From positions 1 through 64,000 of IMG/VR virus record IMGVR_UViG_3300001765_000076: DNA of 64,000 nt; one strand, given 5' to 3'. A model generated the notes under the pieces. The model was not told the origin of the DNA and made no database searches. It worked only from the letters and a program-made list of their open reading frames with translations. How positions within the stretch are numbered: position 1 is the first letter of the stretch; every line of letters starts with the position of its first letter. The position numbers and the translations under genes are program-made. The stretch is from a virus. Its lineage: Duplodnaviria; Caudoviricetes. Positions 35,901 to 47,168 of this stretch are shown here, in pieces.

Positions 35901-38855
35901 TTAAGTAAACATATTTTCAACCAATGACCAATTTTCACTAGCATCTCTATTACATGTACCATCATCACCCCTAAATCTAACCTCTCTATCGAAGCCATTG
36001 AAATTATTATCTCCGTTATCTAGCCATTGCCAATTGCCATCTACACCGAAATCTTTATTAATTATGTCAATTAAGCCAGCGTAACCAGTTGAGCCCGTAT
36101 CAAAGTAATTTATATTTTTGTATCTTAATATACTTTTTCCCGTAAATGTCTGTGTTGTTCCTGTGGCGTATCTTTCACACGTTTTTTCGGCTAATATCCA
36201 TTTTGGTTCAATTGTATTTATTTTAACAAAGTCAAATATTGCCGTGCTTGGTATTACTTGTTCTAAATATGGTAGTAACAGCGATTTTATTATATTATAA
36301 ATATCATCTTCGGTTGCACCTAAAACACTACCCTCTAACATCGCATTGTTCTCATCCTCCATTAATTCATTAACACCATCTTCCATTAGTAACGATATTG
36401 CAAAGTCGTTCAATATTTTACTCGTATCTATACCGATAACAAAGTTTTTAAGATTTAACGTTAGCTTATCTTCTCTTTTTTTGATTGTCCATGTATTTGT
36501 TGGTTGGTCATAATCTAAATCCCACGTTTCCCCGTATTTAAATGTATATGCAACACCGTTAAACGACCAATTTATTGAGTTTTTATAATCGTTACTAAAA
36601 TGAAATATAAATTTTCTACTTCTAATTAAGCTCGTGGTTGTTTTTGGGGTTGTCTGATAAATTTTAAACAAGATGCTAGATGGGCTATCTGCTGTTAATG
36701 TATAACCCATAAAATATTCTTTATCAGCTTTAAATGGTTTGCCCTTAAATATTATTTTATCGTTGTTCACTGTTTTGCCACTAGATATTGTGAAACCAGT
36801 GGTATGACCAGTTATATCAATGGTTGGATAGTAATCTTGATTATCAATATCATTTTTAAATAGGTTTTTGAATTGGTCAACGTAGTTGAAACCACCATCG
36901 TACACTCCGCTACCTACGTGTGGGTTATTACCAGTTGTTATTTCATTTACATAGGTACCGCCAGTGTAATCGGTATGATAACCCCCAGTTTCTCTGTACC
37001 AACTTCCTTTTTGTTGAAAATAAAATGAGTTTGAATTGATCATCGGTCTTGGATAGCCATAAGTATTTCCAGATATCAAAAATACTTGACCATCATCGAT
37101 ACATTTACCACTAATACCATCGGTGTCTAAAATATAATAATTTTCACTTCCAGATGGTGATTTTACAAATGTGTCTAAATTTAAACCAGTATATAATATA
37201 TTTCTAGTCTCATCGGTAGTTGTCTCTATTTCAACGTATCTAACATCCGAGTTTAAATCGGCTATTTTTTGTAAAGATGTATCAACTAAAAAATTATCTA
37301 CTTTCTGAGTGTATTCCCTTATTTGATAATAGTTTTCATCAACACCCAGTAAATTCATAACCTTTCTAATGGCCTTTTTAGTCCCTTTACTCCTCCATAT
37401 ATAGGGTGAATTTATTATCATTCTTCTATTCACCTCACTATCAACCTCTTTTGTTGATAGCGAACCTAGTGCTCCTGGAAACATGCCAGCTACCGTACTA
37501 CCACTTAAAGGAAATGTTTTAGTTATTGAGTTTACATCCCACCCTAACATATTTAATTTTCCACTCAGATATTGTTCTGGTAAATTATTTTCTTTATTAT
37601 ATGTTATGTTGTTAGAAAATGAAATCCCATCAATATACTTTTTTACTTGATCAAACTCTCTACCATATAGTCTAAGTACTTTCTGAATTTTAGTACCCCC
37701 AATTATGTATTCATCTAATAAATCACCATCCGTAACTCTCTCATAGGTGGTGTCCATGTTTTTGATTGAGTCGTGGGCTAACATCCTATATAGATTGTCC
37801 GAATATACTTCATCTATGTAATTAGATGCATCTACCAACTCTTGCACAAATAGAACGTAGTCCATTGATGAGATGTCTAGGTTATAAGTATCTGGCGTTT
37901 CCCATATAAACTGTCTATACTCAAATGTAGTACCAAATTCAGTTTCTTTTGGTATTTTTATCAACGACCTATATTTTGGCGATGTTTTTCTATTCAATAA
38001 TACTCTTTGTAAATCATCTAAACTGTCAAAAAATTCATTTATTTTAAAGTTATTTGGTCTTATGTGTAGTGATGTTGACAGTGTAATTGGATTACTTAGA
38101 TTGAAAGTCAGTGTTTGATTAATTTCGTTCGATGTAAGGCCAGTAACTGTCGCTAGTTGAATATCATTGGAAACTACAACAAAGTCGTTGTATGAGCTTG
38201 CAATTACCCTTAAATCATAACCTAGATTGGTTCTTGTATTGGCGTAACTATTTAAATCAATTCCGAATGTATTGGTTATATCACTAATTGGAATTGTTAA
38301 TGTATTCCCTTGTTGAATAATGGTAATATCTTCGTTTTGCGCTAGCTCTCCGTTTTCCATTAATTCATTATCTCCGTTCTCCATTAGTAATTCATCGCTT
38401 ATGATTGTATCATAGGATATGTATAACCCAGCTGGAAATCTATTTATTATGTCTTCAATACCACCTTTTATCAATGTATTACATGAACCAAAATAAGAAA
38501 ATTTAGTTAAATCGTCGTATGTCTTTTCTAAATCAATATATGTTTTAGGTATTTCTAGTTGTTTTGATGTAATTGGTTGTGTTGTTGAGCTTTCTTGACT
38601 TTCACTGATTAAAATATCTTCTAACGTAAATATATCACTTGTTTCACTGCTGACTATTGTTTTTTTGTCGGTTGGTGTTGTATTAACTATAAAAGTAAAC
38701 CCGCCTTCACTTCTAATAACTAAATTCCCATTTACATCGTTATATGGCTGTGAATAGCTCAGTAAGTCCGTCTCAAAAATTTTACTATTTTGAGCTACGA
38801 CTGGATTGCTTTTTTGAACGTAATTACTTGTTGATTTTATATATTTTTTCGCCAT
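35901..38855 (-). CDS. large tail/baseplate structural protein
   Basis: 984 aa in the baseplate operon; gp7-like IWRSKGTKKAIRKVMNLLG segment. Confidence 0.6.
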   Translation of the reverse strand: MAKKYIKSTSNYVQKSNPVVAQNSKIFETDLLSYSQPYNDVNGNLVIRSEGGFTFIVNTTPTDKKTIVSSETSDIFTLEDILISESQESSTTQPITSKQLEIPKTYIDLEKTYDDLTKFSYFGSCNTLIKGGIEDIINRFPAGLYISYDTIISDELLMENGDNELMENGELAQNEDITIIQQGNTLTIPISDITNTFGIDLNSYANTRTNLGYDLRVIASSYNDFVVVSNDIQLATVTGLTSNEINQTLTFNLSNPITLSTSLHIRPNNFKINEFFDSLDDLQRVLLNRKTSPKYRSLIKIPKETEFGTTFEYRQFIWETPDTYNLDISSMDYVLFVQELVDASNYIDEVYSDNLYRMLAHDSIKNMDTTYERVTDGDLLDEYIIGGTKIQKVLRLYGREFDQVKKYIDGISFSNNITYNKENNLPEQYLSGKLNMLGWDVNSITKTFPLSGSTVAGMFPGALGSLSTKEVDSEVNRRMIINSPYIWRSKGTKKAIRKVMNLLGVDENYYQIREYTQKVDNFLVDTSLQKIADLNSDVRYVEIETTTDETRNILYTGLNLDTFVKSPSGSENYYILDTDGISGKCIDDGQVFLISGNTYGYPRPMINSNSFYFQQKGSWYRETGGYHTDYTGGTYVNEITTGNNPHVGSGVYDGGFNYVDQFKNLFKNDIDNQDYYPTIDITGHTTGFTISSGKTVNNDKIIFKGKPFKADKEYFMGYTLTADSPSSILFKIYQTTPKTTTSLIRSRKFIFHFSNDYKNSINWSFNGVAYTFKYGETWDLDYDQPTNTWTIKKREDKLTLNLKNFVIGIDTSKILNDFAISLLMEDGVNELMEDENNAMLEGSVLGATEDDIYNIIKSLLLPYLEQVIPSTAIFDFVKINTIEPKWILAEKTCERYATGTTQTFTGKSILRYKNINYFDTGSTGYAGLIDIINKDFGVDGNWQWLDNGDNNFNGFDREVRFRGDDGTCNRDASENWSLVENMFT

Positions 38856-38877
38856 TTTACTATGTAAATTTTATTTT

Positions 38878-39768
38878 TTAAACGCTCCCCACGATTGTAT
38901 CATGATCCTGTGTGAAATCAATACTCGTTTGTGTTTCCTTAACGTCGTATATAGCCGTTCCAGTAGCATCTTCTTTTATTAGATAATATTGTTTTTGATC
39001 GTATATTTGATTGTTTTTATCGTATGTCGTGATGAGGCCTTTATCTAAGTTTCTTATTTGATTCCCATTGATAGTTGTGTATAGCGATTCAACATCGTTT
39101 TCAGTCATTTCGATTTCAATCATTGTTGGATTAAAGAAAGTGTTTGAAAGTATTATCCTTGAACCTGGATTACCAATAAATGGTACTGAGTTCGCTTTTA
39201 TCGTACTAGCAGATGATGGTGTAACAGTCAAAAACATTAAATCTGAACTATCATTAAATCTATATCTAATTGATTTCTGACTTGAACTAGTTACATTTTG
39301 ATTTACTGGCTCACATCTATTATTTGACGTTATAATTTTAAAGAAGTTATTTATTTTTACGCCAGATTGGTCATAATATTCCAATCTGTAACCAGTTAAA
39401 CTATCATTTTCAAATGTTTGATTTGGAATTGCTGATAGTTTTAAAACGACACCCTTTACATCTGGATAGGCTGAAAGTACACCAATGTCTAATATAGTGG
39501 TTTCAATTTCTTTTGGTCTGATCATTATATTATAAATACCACTTCTATTGAAAGTGTCTAATGGTAATTTCAAATTATATATACCATCTAGGTTTGTAGC
39601 CGTTCCGTTATTTACTTGCTGTCCCCTTACTAAATATTTTGTAGCATCAACAGATGTAAAACCAGTAGAAACAGCACTTCTAGTCTCTTGATACGATAAA
39701 AATACATCCGCATCTGATGTTGGATTGAAATTTGCTTGTTTAACTATACCGTAAGAACCTGAAGCTAT
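38878..39768 (-). CDS. structural-module protein, probably starting at ATA 39768
   Basis: frame open 65 codons upstream of the tracked start: (I/M)ASGSYGIVKQANFNPTSDAD... Confidence 0.6.
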   Translation of the reverse strand: MASGSYGIVKQANFNPTSDADVFLSYQETRSAVSTGFTSVDATKYLVRGQQVNNGTATNLDGIYNLKLPLDTFNRSGIYNIMIRPKEIETTILDIGVLSAYPDVKGVVLKLSAIPNQTFENDSLTGYRLEYYDQSGVKINNFFKIITSNNRCEPVNQNVTSSSQKSIRYRFNDSSDLMFLTVTPSSASTIKANSVPFIGNPGSRIILSNTFFNPTMIEIEMTENDVESLYTTINGNQIRNLDKGLITTYDKNNQIYDQKQYYLIKEDATGTAIYDVKETQTSIDFTQDHDTIVGSV

Positions 39769-39785
39769 GTTATTTTTCTTTTTTT

Positions 39786-40682
39786 TTATATTATCTTGTA
39801 ATAGCCATTTCCATAGCTTTCTAGGTCATCTAAACCACTTATTTCACCAAATTTAAGATGTTTTTCAAATGTGGTATTAGTAACCCTATCTATATTTACA
39901 TCTATCATTCTTTTTACTGGTTCAACTAAACCTATTAAGTGTTCTAATTTTATACTTGACACTAGAACTGAATTTTCTTGTGTTAAACCACTTGTATGGT
40001 AATTTACTGATGATAAACCATTTGCCGTATCTTGATAGTGTATACCAGTTGTAGTTGATTTACCTAAATCGTAACCTATTATATATGAGTATAGGTTTTG
40101 TTTTGAGTTATTTGTGTTTTTACTCTCACCAGTTATTTTATTATATGTTCCATTGATATTTTTATGTTCGTCGGTAAATCCACTATTAGTTCTTGGGTTA
40201 TATAAATCTCTATCACTATCTTTTTTTGTATGTCTTCTAAATGTATCTATCTGTGAATCACCAGTATAATTTACTGTGTACCCATTCCCAGCGTACCTAT
40301 TGGTTATCAACCATTGTAATTGATTAAATGCATTACCAATACTTTCACTTACAATACATTTATAACTATAATCATTATAATAAACAGTTTCACCCATATA
40401 ATAAGTCTTACCAGCGACCCAGTTTTCGCATACGTCGGTTTTCACACCTAAATCATCGATTGTCAGTGTTATTAAAATAGGTATAGCACTAATGATAGCA
40501 TTTGAACTTGTTTGTCCAGTATAATAAACAATAGCACCACCATTAGTCCTCCCAGTTACTTCACCCCAGTGAGATGTCAAACCAGTGCAAATAGCATCTT
40601 CTGGGATTAAACCATTGACTAAATATGGATTTGTTCTACATTGAAAATCCCTTATACATATTTTCTTTTTAATTACTTCCAC
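39786..40682 (-). CDS. structural-module protein (GTG start)
   Basis: 298 aa, TGxT-rich. Confidence 0.65.
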   Translation of the reverse strand: MEVIKKKICIRDFQCRTNPYLVNGLIPEDAICTGLTSHWGEVTGRTNGGAIVYYTGQTSSNAIISAIPILITLTIDDLGVKTDVCENWVAGKTYYMGETVYYNDYSYKCIVSESIGNAFNQLQWLITNRYAGNGYTVNYTGDSQIDTFRRHTKKDSDRDLYNPRTNSGFTDEHKNINGTYNKITGESKNTNNSKQNLYSYIIGYDLGKSTTTGIHYQDTANGLSSVNYHTSGLTQENSVLVSSIKLEHLIGLVEPVKRMIDVNIDRVTNTTFEKHLKFGEISGLDDLESYGNGYYKII

Positions 40683-41492
40683 CTAGATTGCTTTTCCTTG
40701 ATATAAATTTATTTCAATGTTTTTATTTGTTAAATTGTCAAACCAATAAATATATTTATCCGTTGTTTGGTTATAGTCAACATTTACCTTTGTGAACATA
40801 TAATTGGGTACAGCTTTTAGCGTTGTACCATTAGCATTAGATGGTTTTGAATTAAAAAATAACAATGATTTCCCATTTATTGCATTATTATATTCACATT
40901 TCATATAAATAGATGTTATATTATTTTTTTGGACATCGTCTTTGAATAAATATAGATAATACCCCTCGAATGATTTCAATTCAGAACTTGTCTTTGGGTT
41001 TTTCACCAGAAATTCAGTTGTTAAACCACTATAATCAATACCATAGTTTATATAATTACCGTATATCTTATCTACATCTAAAAAAATAGTCGAATAAAAT
41101 AATAGATTTTGAGTCTTTAGATCGTTGGAATCATAAAATGAAACCCTAATAAATGTTTTTTTTAATCTATTTCTTTTATTAATAATATCATCTTCTATAA
41201 AACCAACATCTAATAATCTACTGGTATCTACTGACCACCCCTGAGTTCCACCAGTATAAAAATGTAACTTAAAATTAATTGAATTTATATCTAGTATACC
41301 AGTTTCACCAGTTACTGGATGTAATTTAATTTTTTCATAATCAATTATTGTATTAACTATGTCTTCACCAGTTATATCAAAATTTTCTTCAATCCTTTCG
41401 TATTGTTTTGTATTTGGAGAGAAATCTGTACTTATAGGCATTGATATAGTCCCCCCAGTTAAATCTCCGAATCTTAATTTATATTTTAACAT
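40683..41492 (-). CDS. structural-module protein
   Basis: 269 aa, abuts neighbouring genes. Confidence 0.65.
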   Translation of the reverse strand: MLKYKLRFGDLTGGTISMPISTDFSPNTKQYERIEENFDITGEDIVNTIIDYEKIKLHPVTGETGILDINSINFKLHFYTGGTQGWSVDTSRLLDVGFIEDDIINKRNRLKKTFIRVSFYDSNDLKTQNLLFYSTIFLDVDKIYGNYINYGIDYSGLTTEFLVKNPKTSSELKSFEGYYLYLFKDDVQKNNITSIYMKCEYNNAINGKSLLFFNSKPSNANGTTLKAVPNYMFTKVNVDYNQTTDKYIYWFDNLTNKNIEINLYQGKAI

Positions 41493-44260
41493 ATTTCGTT
41501 GATTTTTTCTATTTTATTATTGTTTATGAATTCGGTACTTGAATTTCCGTAAGGGTCTGATGGGAATGTTCTTGATTTTAAACCATAATCACCATATGAG
41601 TCTTGCCTTCTTAAATAAAGATTTACTGGTAAATTTAAATATAATCTTCCATTTGTAAATTTCTTCTCCGTTTTATATTGTGATTCACTATCAAATATAC
41701 CCTCTGGTAGTATTTCTCGCCATAATATTTTACCATTACCTAAATCATCTCCATAGCTTGGTATTAGTTCACTATAATATTTTTTAAATGTATAAGTGTT
41801 TTTATTTACATCGGCTAGTATACCGAAAAATTCAATGGTGTATGGTATTAATATACAGTCACTTAGTTTCTGATTTAGTCTTATATTTGTAGTCGTATGA
41901 TCTATTATATTATTGTTTGAATCTAATTTTGAAATCCTTAACCTATCAAAATCTTGAAATTGGTTGATGTTGGTTATCTTTAGTATTAATTGTTTGATTT
42001 GGTTTTCTGTACTGTTGTTTAGTAACACCACCGTATCACTAAATGTGACACCAGAAATGAATAAATCACATGGTGTTATTTCAATTAATTCACCCTGTGT
42101 TATTATCTCCGAATAATTTTTTAATGGTATTTTGTAATGTGGTTTATAAAAATAACCCTCATTTCTCGGTAGTAAATCAATTGTTTTATTACCAAATTTA
42201 TAATTCCCGTTGACATCGTTTGGATTTGGTAACCATGGTGTTGCGACTGTGTTTTGTTCGACTTTAAAATTATAAAAACATGTATTATTACCTATAGTTG
42301 GTATAACAATATAAATTACGTGATAGGTTTCAAATGAAAATGTAAAGGTAGCTGATATATTTAAATATGGATTAGCTATTGTTCCACCAGCAAAAGAAAA
42401 GCTTTGATTACCAACATCTATTGTAAAGGGTGTTGTTCCATATGATGTCACCGAAAAAGTATAAGTTTTTCCAACTTCAAAATTTACACCCCAATAATTC
42501 CAAGCATTTCCATTTGTAACTATTGAGGTTATTTGAACCATTTTTTGTCCAGCTATGACTGGAAAACTTACCGTACTATAATGATCCGTACCCCAATTTT
42601 CTCCGATAGTGATACTATTAATTATTAAATTAACATCAATATCATTATATATAAATTTATTGTTAGTTATCTCCCTCTGAACTGTATTAAACCTATGTTG
42701 AACCACGTCCAATACATTTTCTTTAACTAATGTTTTATTATATTCAACAATGTCACCAGCAAATAAATTATTTGAGTATCCTTCTAATAGTGAGTTGCTT
42801 CCATCTTCCATTAATAAAATATCACCATCTTCGGCAAGTATTGAACCTCCTTCGTTGGCTAGTGACCCACCACTTATTATCACATCATTTTCTATCGGTA
42901 TTTCAGTTGTGTTATTACCGTTTATTAGGCGTATATTTGTATAACCAGTTACGTTCGGTAGTTCATCTATACCCGACTGTATTTTAGTAAAAACATTACT
43001 ATGCTCAGTACTTGTAGCTGCAATCCCTTTTTTAATTGTAGTGAAGTATATCTCACTAACTGGTCTATTTAGGTTGTCAGTTAATAAATTTATATCAATA
43101 TCGTCTATGTATTGTATTTGTTGTAATTTATCACCAAATATATTTCTAGCAAACCCAAGCTGATAACTATCATTTGAAAGTTCTACGGTATTTGACTCTG
43201 TTTTTGAAATTATGTTTTCATCATTTATCTCTTCGGTTTCAAATTTAAAATTAGGTAATTTCCTAAACATCCGAATATAATAGTTTGACTCAACACCATC
43301 AATTACTTTAATTATGCGTTTTTGTTTTATATTATTTATAAGCGTAGGTGTTAGTGTCTTCCCGTATTTATCAATATCAATTAAAATTGTATGTTCTTTA
43401 TCTAGTCTATTTATATCACCAATATCAAAAACTAAATACGTATTAGTTTCACCACTTATACTTTTAAATTTAATAACATCTCCTTGATTTAAACCATGTT
43501 TATATGGTGTTGATATTTGTAGGTAGTTACCTATTTCTACGGTATATCCAGTTGAACCTCTAACTATTGGTAGACCGTTTATATTATTTGCGTCGGTTAC
43601 TAATATATGATCCAATTTATTTTTATAAGGATATGTAATACAATAATCCCAATTGTTCTCCAGTGTATCGTTTACCACTCTTGGCTTAAAACTAAAATAA
43701 TCTCTACTTGGAAATAAATCTATTTTTTCACACTGTTGTTTGTTTTTAAACATCCTATTATCATTGATGGTTCCCTTATTGACAAACCCAAACCAACCAT
43801 TATCTTCTGTTAAATTATTGTCTATTGAATCGTTTATTGTCATTACATCTAATAGCGTAGTGCCAGTAAAGTTATTTAACGTATTACCAGTTTTAAATGT
43901 ATTCACCCTTAAAAAATGATTATCAAATATATCATAACCAGGTAGATACGTATAGCCAGTATTTATTGTCTGTATTGCATTTAATCTATTATTGCCAATT
44001 ATTTCAACTCCGTTTGAGTTAAATATCTGTGTTAGGGGATTTACTAAAACATTTGTAGTAATTGGATTTACCGTTACATTTAACCTATATTTAGTACATT
44101 TATTTCTTTCATCATCAAATACTTGGTAGGTATTTACCGTTTTTGAAATATTATCAATAGGAATTACCCTTGAAGTTTGTTCTAACTCCAAGGTCTGATA
44201 AAAGTCCTTATTGACGGCTTTCTGATTCCTGTTTTTTTCTAATGATAAATTTATTTCCAT
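41486..44260 (-). CDS. large tail/baseplate structural protein
   Basis: ATG 44260 preferred; contains a LLMEDG insert and a carbohydrate-binding-like insert (NFKVEQNTVATPWLP). Confidence 0.6.
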   Translation of the reverse strand: MEINLSLEKNRNQKAVNKDFYQTLELEQTSRVIPIDNISKTVNTYQVFDDERNKCTKYRLNVTVNPITTNVLVNPLTQIFNSNGVEIIGNNRLNAIQTINTGYTYLPGYDIFDNHFLRVNTFKTGNTLNNFTGTTLLDVMTINDSIDNNLTEDNGWFGFVNKGTINDNRMFKNKQQCEKIDLFPSRDYFSFKPRVVNDTLENNWDYCITYPYKNKLDHILVTDANNINGLPIVRGSTGYTVEIGNYLQISTPYKHGLNQGDVIKFKSISGETNTYLVFDIGDINRLDKEHTILIDIDKYGKTLTPTLINNIKQKRIIKVIDGVESNYYIRMFRKLPNFKFETEEINDENIISKTESNTVELSNDSYQLGFARNIFGDKLQQIQYIDDIDINLLTDNLNRPVSEIYFTTIKKGIAATSTEHSNVFTKIQSGIDELPNVTGYTNIRLINGNNTTEIPIENDVIISGGSLANEGGSILAEDGDILLMEDGSNSLLEGYSNNLFAGDIVEYNKTLVKENVLDVVQHRFNTVQREITNNKFIYNDIDVNLIINSITIGENWGTDHYSTVSFPVIAGQKMVQITSIVTNGNAWNYWGVNFEVGKTYTFSVTSYGTTPFTIDVGNQSFSFAGGTIANPYLNISATFTFSFETYHVIYIVIPTIGNNTCFYNFKVEQNTVATPWLPNPNDVNGNYKFGNKTIDLLPRNEGYFYKPHYKIPLKNYSEIITQGELIEITPCDLFISGVTFSDTVVLLNNSTENQIKQLILKITNINQFQDFDRLRISKLDSNNNIIDHTTTNIRLNQKLSDCILIPYTIEFFGILADVNKNTYTFKKYYSELIPSYGDDLGNGKILWREILPEGIFDSESQYKTEKKFTNGRLYLNLPVNLYLRRQDSYGDYGLKSRTFPSDPYGNSSTEFINNNKIEKINEIC

Positions 44261-44264
44261 GTTG

Positions 44265-45095
44265 TTAATGAGGTTCACTGCTAACGAATAACACATCAAC
44301 TACTGTAAATATACCAAAGTTTGGTATTACAGAACCCAGTATAGTTTCATTCACATGATTGGCATCAGTAGTTTCATAATTATACTTGGTTGTATAAGGA
44401 TTATCACATGGGCCAGTTGGTACGGTTGTTGTTACTGCGTTTATTTCTGGTAATGACCAATCAGAAAGACCTTGTGAGAACGTTACCATTCCATCCATGG
44501 GCCTAAATTCGGTAAAGCCAGTAATAACTTGATTATTAGTACCATTATTGTCGTTGCAGTCAGATTCAGTTAAACTAAATGTATGGCCACTACTACCAAT
44601 AGGTATGTAGTTATATACGGTTTGTCGACCCAAAATAGAATCGGAGCCAAGTCTATGTACCATAAATTGAACTCTTATAGTATTTGTTGGTATATATGGT
44701 AGGCCAGTTGATGTTCTGGTTAAACTTACTGTGTATGTTGAGCTAGTCTGCCCAGTATTTGAAAATGTTACTGTGATGTCTACTGGAACTCTAGCCCCAT
44801 TCCAAAATGTACTACCAATTATAGGATTACTGTTACTGTCTTTAATATATGGATTAATACTAATAACTCTCGCTTTAAAGGCTGTTAGTCTATTATCCCA
44901 TCCTGTAGTTCCAGTTGATGGTAATTGAGCTAGTTCTATATTTGTTAGTGGTGCCCACGTAGTTCCGTTGTATGTAAAACCAGATTGACCATCGTATACC
45001 GTAGTTGTATCTGGGTACCATTCTGGGTGTGTTGGTTCTTGTTTTAATACACTTAATTTTAGGCTTCTTCTCCAGCCAGTTTTTGTCCATGCCAT
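44265..45095 (-). CDS. structural-module protein
   Basis: 276 aa, Thr-rich. Confidence 0.65.
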   Translation of the reverse strand: MAWTKTGWRRSLKLSVLKQEPTHPEWYPDTTTVYDGQSGFTYNGTTWAPLTNIELAQLPSTGTTGWDNRLTAFKARVISINPYIKDSNSNPIIGSTFWNGARVPVDITVTFSNTGQTSSTYTVSLTRTSTGLPYIPTNTIRVQFMVHRLGSDSILGRQTVYNYIPIGSSGHTFSLTESDCNDNNGTNNQVITGFTEFRPMDGMVTFSQGLSDWSLPEINAVTTTVPTGPCDNPYTTKYNYETTDANHVNETILGSVIPNFGIFTVVDVLFVSSEPH

Positions 45096-45117
45096 AATTT
45101 TTGTTTTTTTTTATATT

Positions 45118-47127
45118 TTAATTATTTTTTTCTTCTTCCACATAACCAACAAATTCACTAGTATATTGGTATCCTGGAGTATAAGTTTCCTCTAATACAC
45201 CAAGTAAAAATTCACTGTCATACCTGAAAGATGGTTTATATGTTGTGAATGTTTTAGTGTTACCATAGCCAACCCCAGCGTAATTTATAGCGTAAGCCCT
45301 AACGTAGTAAGTCGTATCTTCTGTTAAGTTAACTAATCCACTGATAAAATCTACGGTGCCAGTACCGTCGGTTGTTTTTGCATTCCCAGTAGTTGGTGTG
45401 ATTCCAGTACTCCAACAAACTCCACGAGCGTATATTTGACCACCATTTCTTGCGTCGATTGCAATTCCACCACTAGTCGCCGTTATGTTAGCTATACTAC
45501 TGACATCGGCCGTTCTTATTGTTGGAGCTAAAAAATTGGAGACCACTTCGTTTCCATAAGAAGTTCCAACTATATTCGTCACATAAGCCCTAACATAATA
45601 GGTTGTGGCTATGTTGGCGACTGTTATCGTTTCAGTAAATGAACTTTGATTCAATGTACCATTAGTTGTTTTAGTGTCAGCAGTGGTTGGCGTTCCAGTT
45701 GTATTCCAACATACCCCATATGCTGTGACGGGAACACCGCCGTTAGCTATTAATTCACCACCAGAACTCATTGTTGTTGATGATGATGGGATTAGAGCTT
45801 TTGTAGTTGCTGTTGGTAGTGTGGCTGCTAGGGTCTTAAAGGATACTACTTCTCCATACCCAACGCCTATTTCGTTTATGACATATGCACTGACGTAATA
45901 TGTCGTATCTGGAATTAATCCAATCAAGTTGCTTGTGTAATCACCAACCCCACTACCATTGTTAGTTTTGGTATCGCCAGTTGTTGGGTCATCACTTAAA
46001 GCCCAGCAAACACCTCTGGAGGTTATTACCCCACCACCACCTGATTGTACGTACCCACCACTTGTTGCCGAATTTTGGCCTATATTAATAATTCCCTTGG
46101 TGTAAGATATTATTGGTTGTTGTTTAACGTAAAAATAATAGTCATCGTATTCTGGTAAAATGGTGAATAATCCATTAACACCAAATGTTATAACAGCCCG
46201 ATCGGTTCCCTTTTTGATGGTGGTTTCCTTGTTACCCATGGTTATATTTATGTCACTCGCTACAGGGTGCTGCGCCGTGAATACAAAATCCTTACCTGCA
46301 ATAGTTTTATTTATTGAATTTAAGATTCTATTGTCTTCAATAATCTTTATTTTTGTTACTCCGTAGCTATAGTTATTAAATGCTGAGTTTTGTGCGAATG
46401 CCCTAATTCTATATGGAATACCCACCTTTAAATTAAAAATTATATCGTTATATACCCCTATGTTTGAAGAGTATTCTGCGTTGATGATGTTATTATTATT
46501 AATTGTTGGCTCACCAGTATCTCCACTGATCCAACAAAAACCTCTTTTTGTTTTCAATTCGCTCGTATACGTTACTTCTCCATAGGCGTTTATTTTAGAA
46601 ATAGATAGTTTGGTCATGGTGTTTGTTGTTACGACTGGAGGCGCATATATATTTATTATTTCCTCTGTTGTATTATTCGAGCATCCTATTTCTGATACCG
46701 CTACTTTATATTGACCATAGTCCTTTCCAGTAAAAAAATACCCATTGGTTGTGTTTGAATTGTATTGTATGTCCCAATTTTGATTTTTTTTATATAGTTT
46801 CAGGTTGTATGTAGTTACCTCTGAATTGTCATTAGTTATCCCTCTTACATCTATAGTTCCATCACTTGTACCATGACTACTTACATTCGTGCTTGAATAA
46901 TCATATATAATGCCTTCGTTTTTGGGTACAAATATACTTTTAGTGACGGAATCCCCATTGCCATCAATTATCTTAATTGAATAATACTTAGATTCAAGAC
47001 CAGTTAGATATATATCATCATTAGATGATATATTACCCATATACTCTTTATTATCTACGTATATAGTATATGGGTAAATTACTTTACCAACACTTACCTT
47101 TATTTCACCTGATTTCAGATATGACAT
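45118..47127 (-). CDS. protein with SprB-like N-terminus and about four Fn3-like repeats
   Basis: VSSHGTSDGTIDV; repeated SGG...GVCW..PT...YYVRAY..N..G..YG. Confidence 0.7.
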   Translation of the reverse strand: MSYLKSGEIKVSVGKVIYPYTIYVDNKEYMGNISSNDDIYLTGLESKYYSIKIIDGNGDSVTKSIFVPKNEGIIYDYSSTNVSSHGTSDGTIDVRGITNDNSEVTTYNLKLYKKNQNWDIQYNSNTTNGYFFTGKDYGQYKVAVSEIGCSNNTTEEIINIYAPPVVTTNTMTKLSISKINAYGEVTYTSELKTKRGFCWISGDTGEPTINNNNIINAEYSSNIGVYNDIIFNLKVGIPYRIRAFAQNSAFNNYSYGVTKIKIIEDNRILNSINKTIAGKDFVFTAQHPVASDINITMGNKETTIKKGTDRAVITFGVNGLFTILPEYDDYYFYVKQQPIISYTKGIINIGQNSATSGGYVQSGGGGVITSRGVCWALSDDPTTGDTKTNNGSGVGDYTSNLIGLIPDTTYYVSAYVINEIGVGYGEVVSFKTLAATLPTATTKALIPSSSTTMSSGGELIANGGVPVTAYGVCWNTTGTPTTADTKTTNGTLNQSSFTETITVANIATTYYVRAYVTNIVGTSYGNEVVSNFLAPTIRTADVSSIANITATSGGIAIDARNGGQIYARGVCWSTGITPTTGNAKTTDGTGTVDFISGLVNLTEDTTYYVRAYAINYAGVGYGNTKTFTTYKPSFRYDSEFLLGVLEETYTPGYQYTSEFVGYVEEEKNN

Positions 47128-47168
47128 TTATTTTCTTTGTTGTTTTAATTTGTTATTTTCTTTATTTA

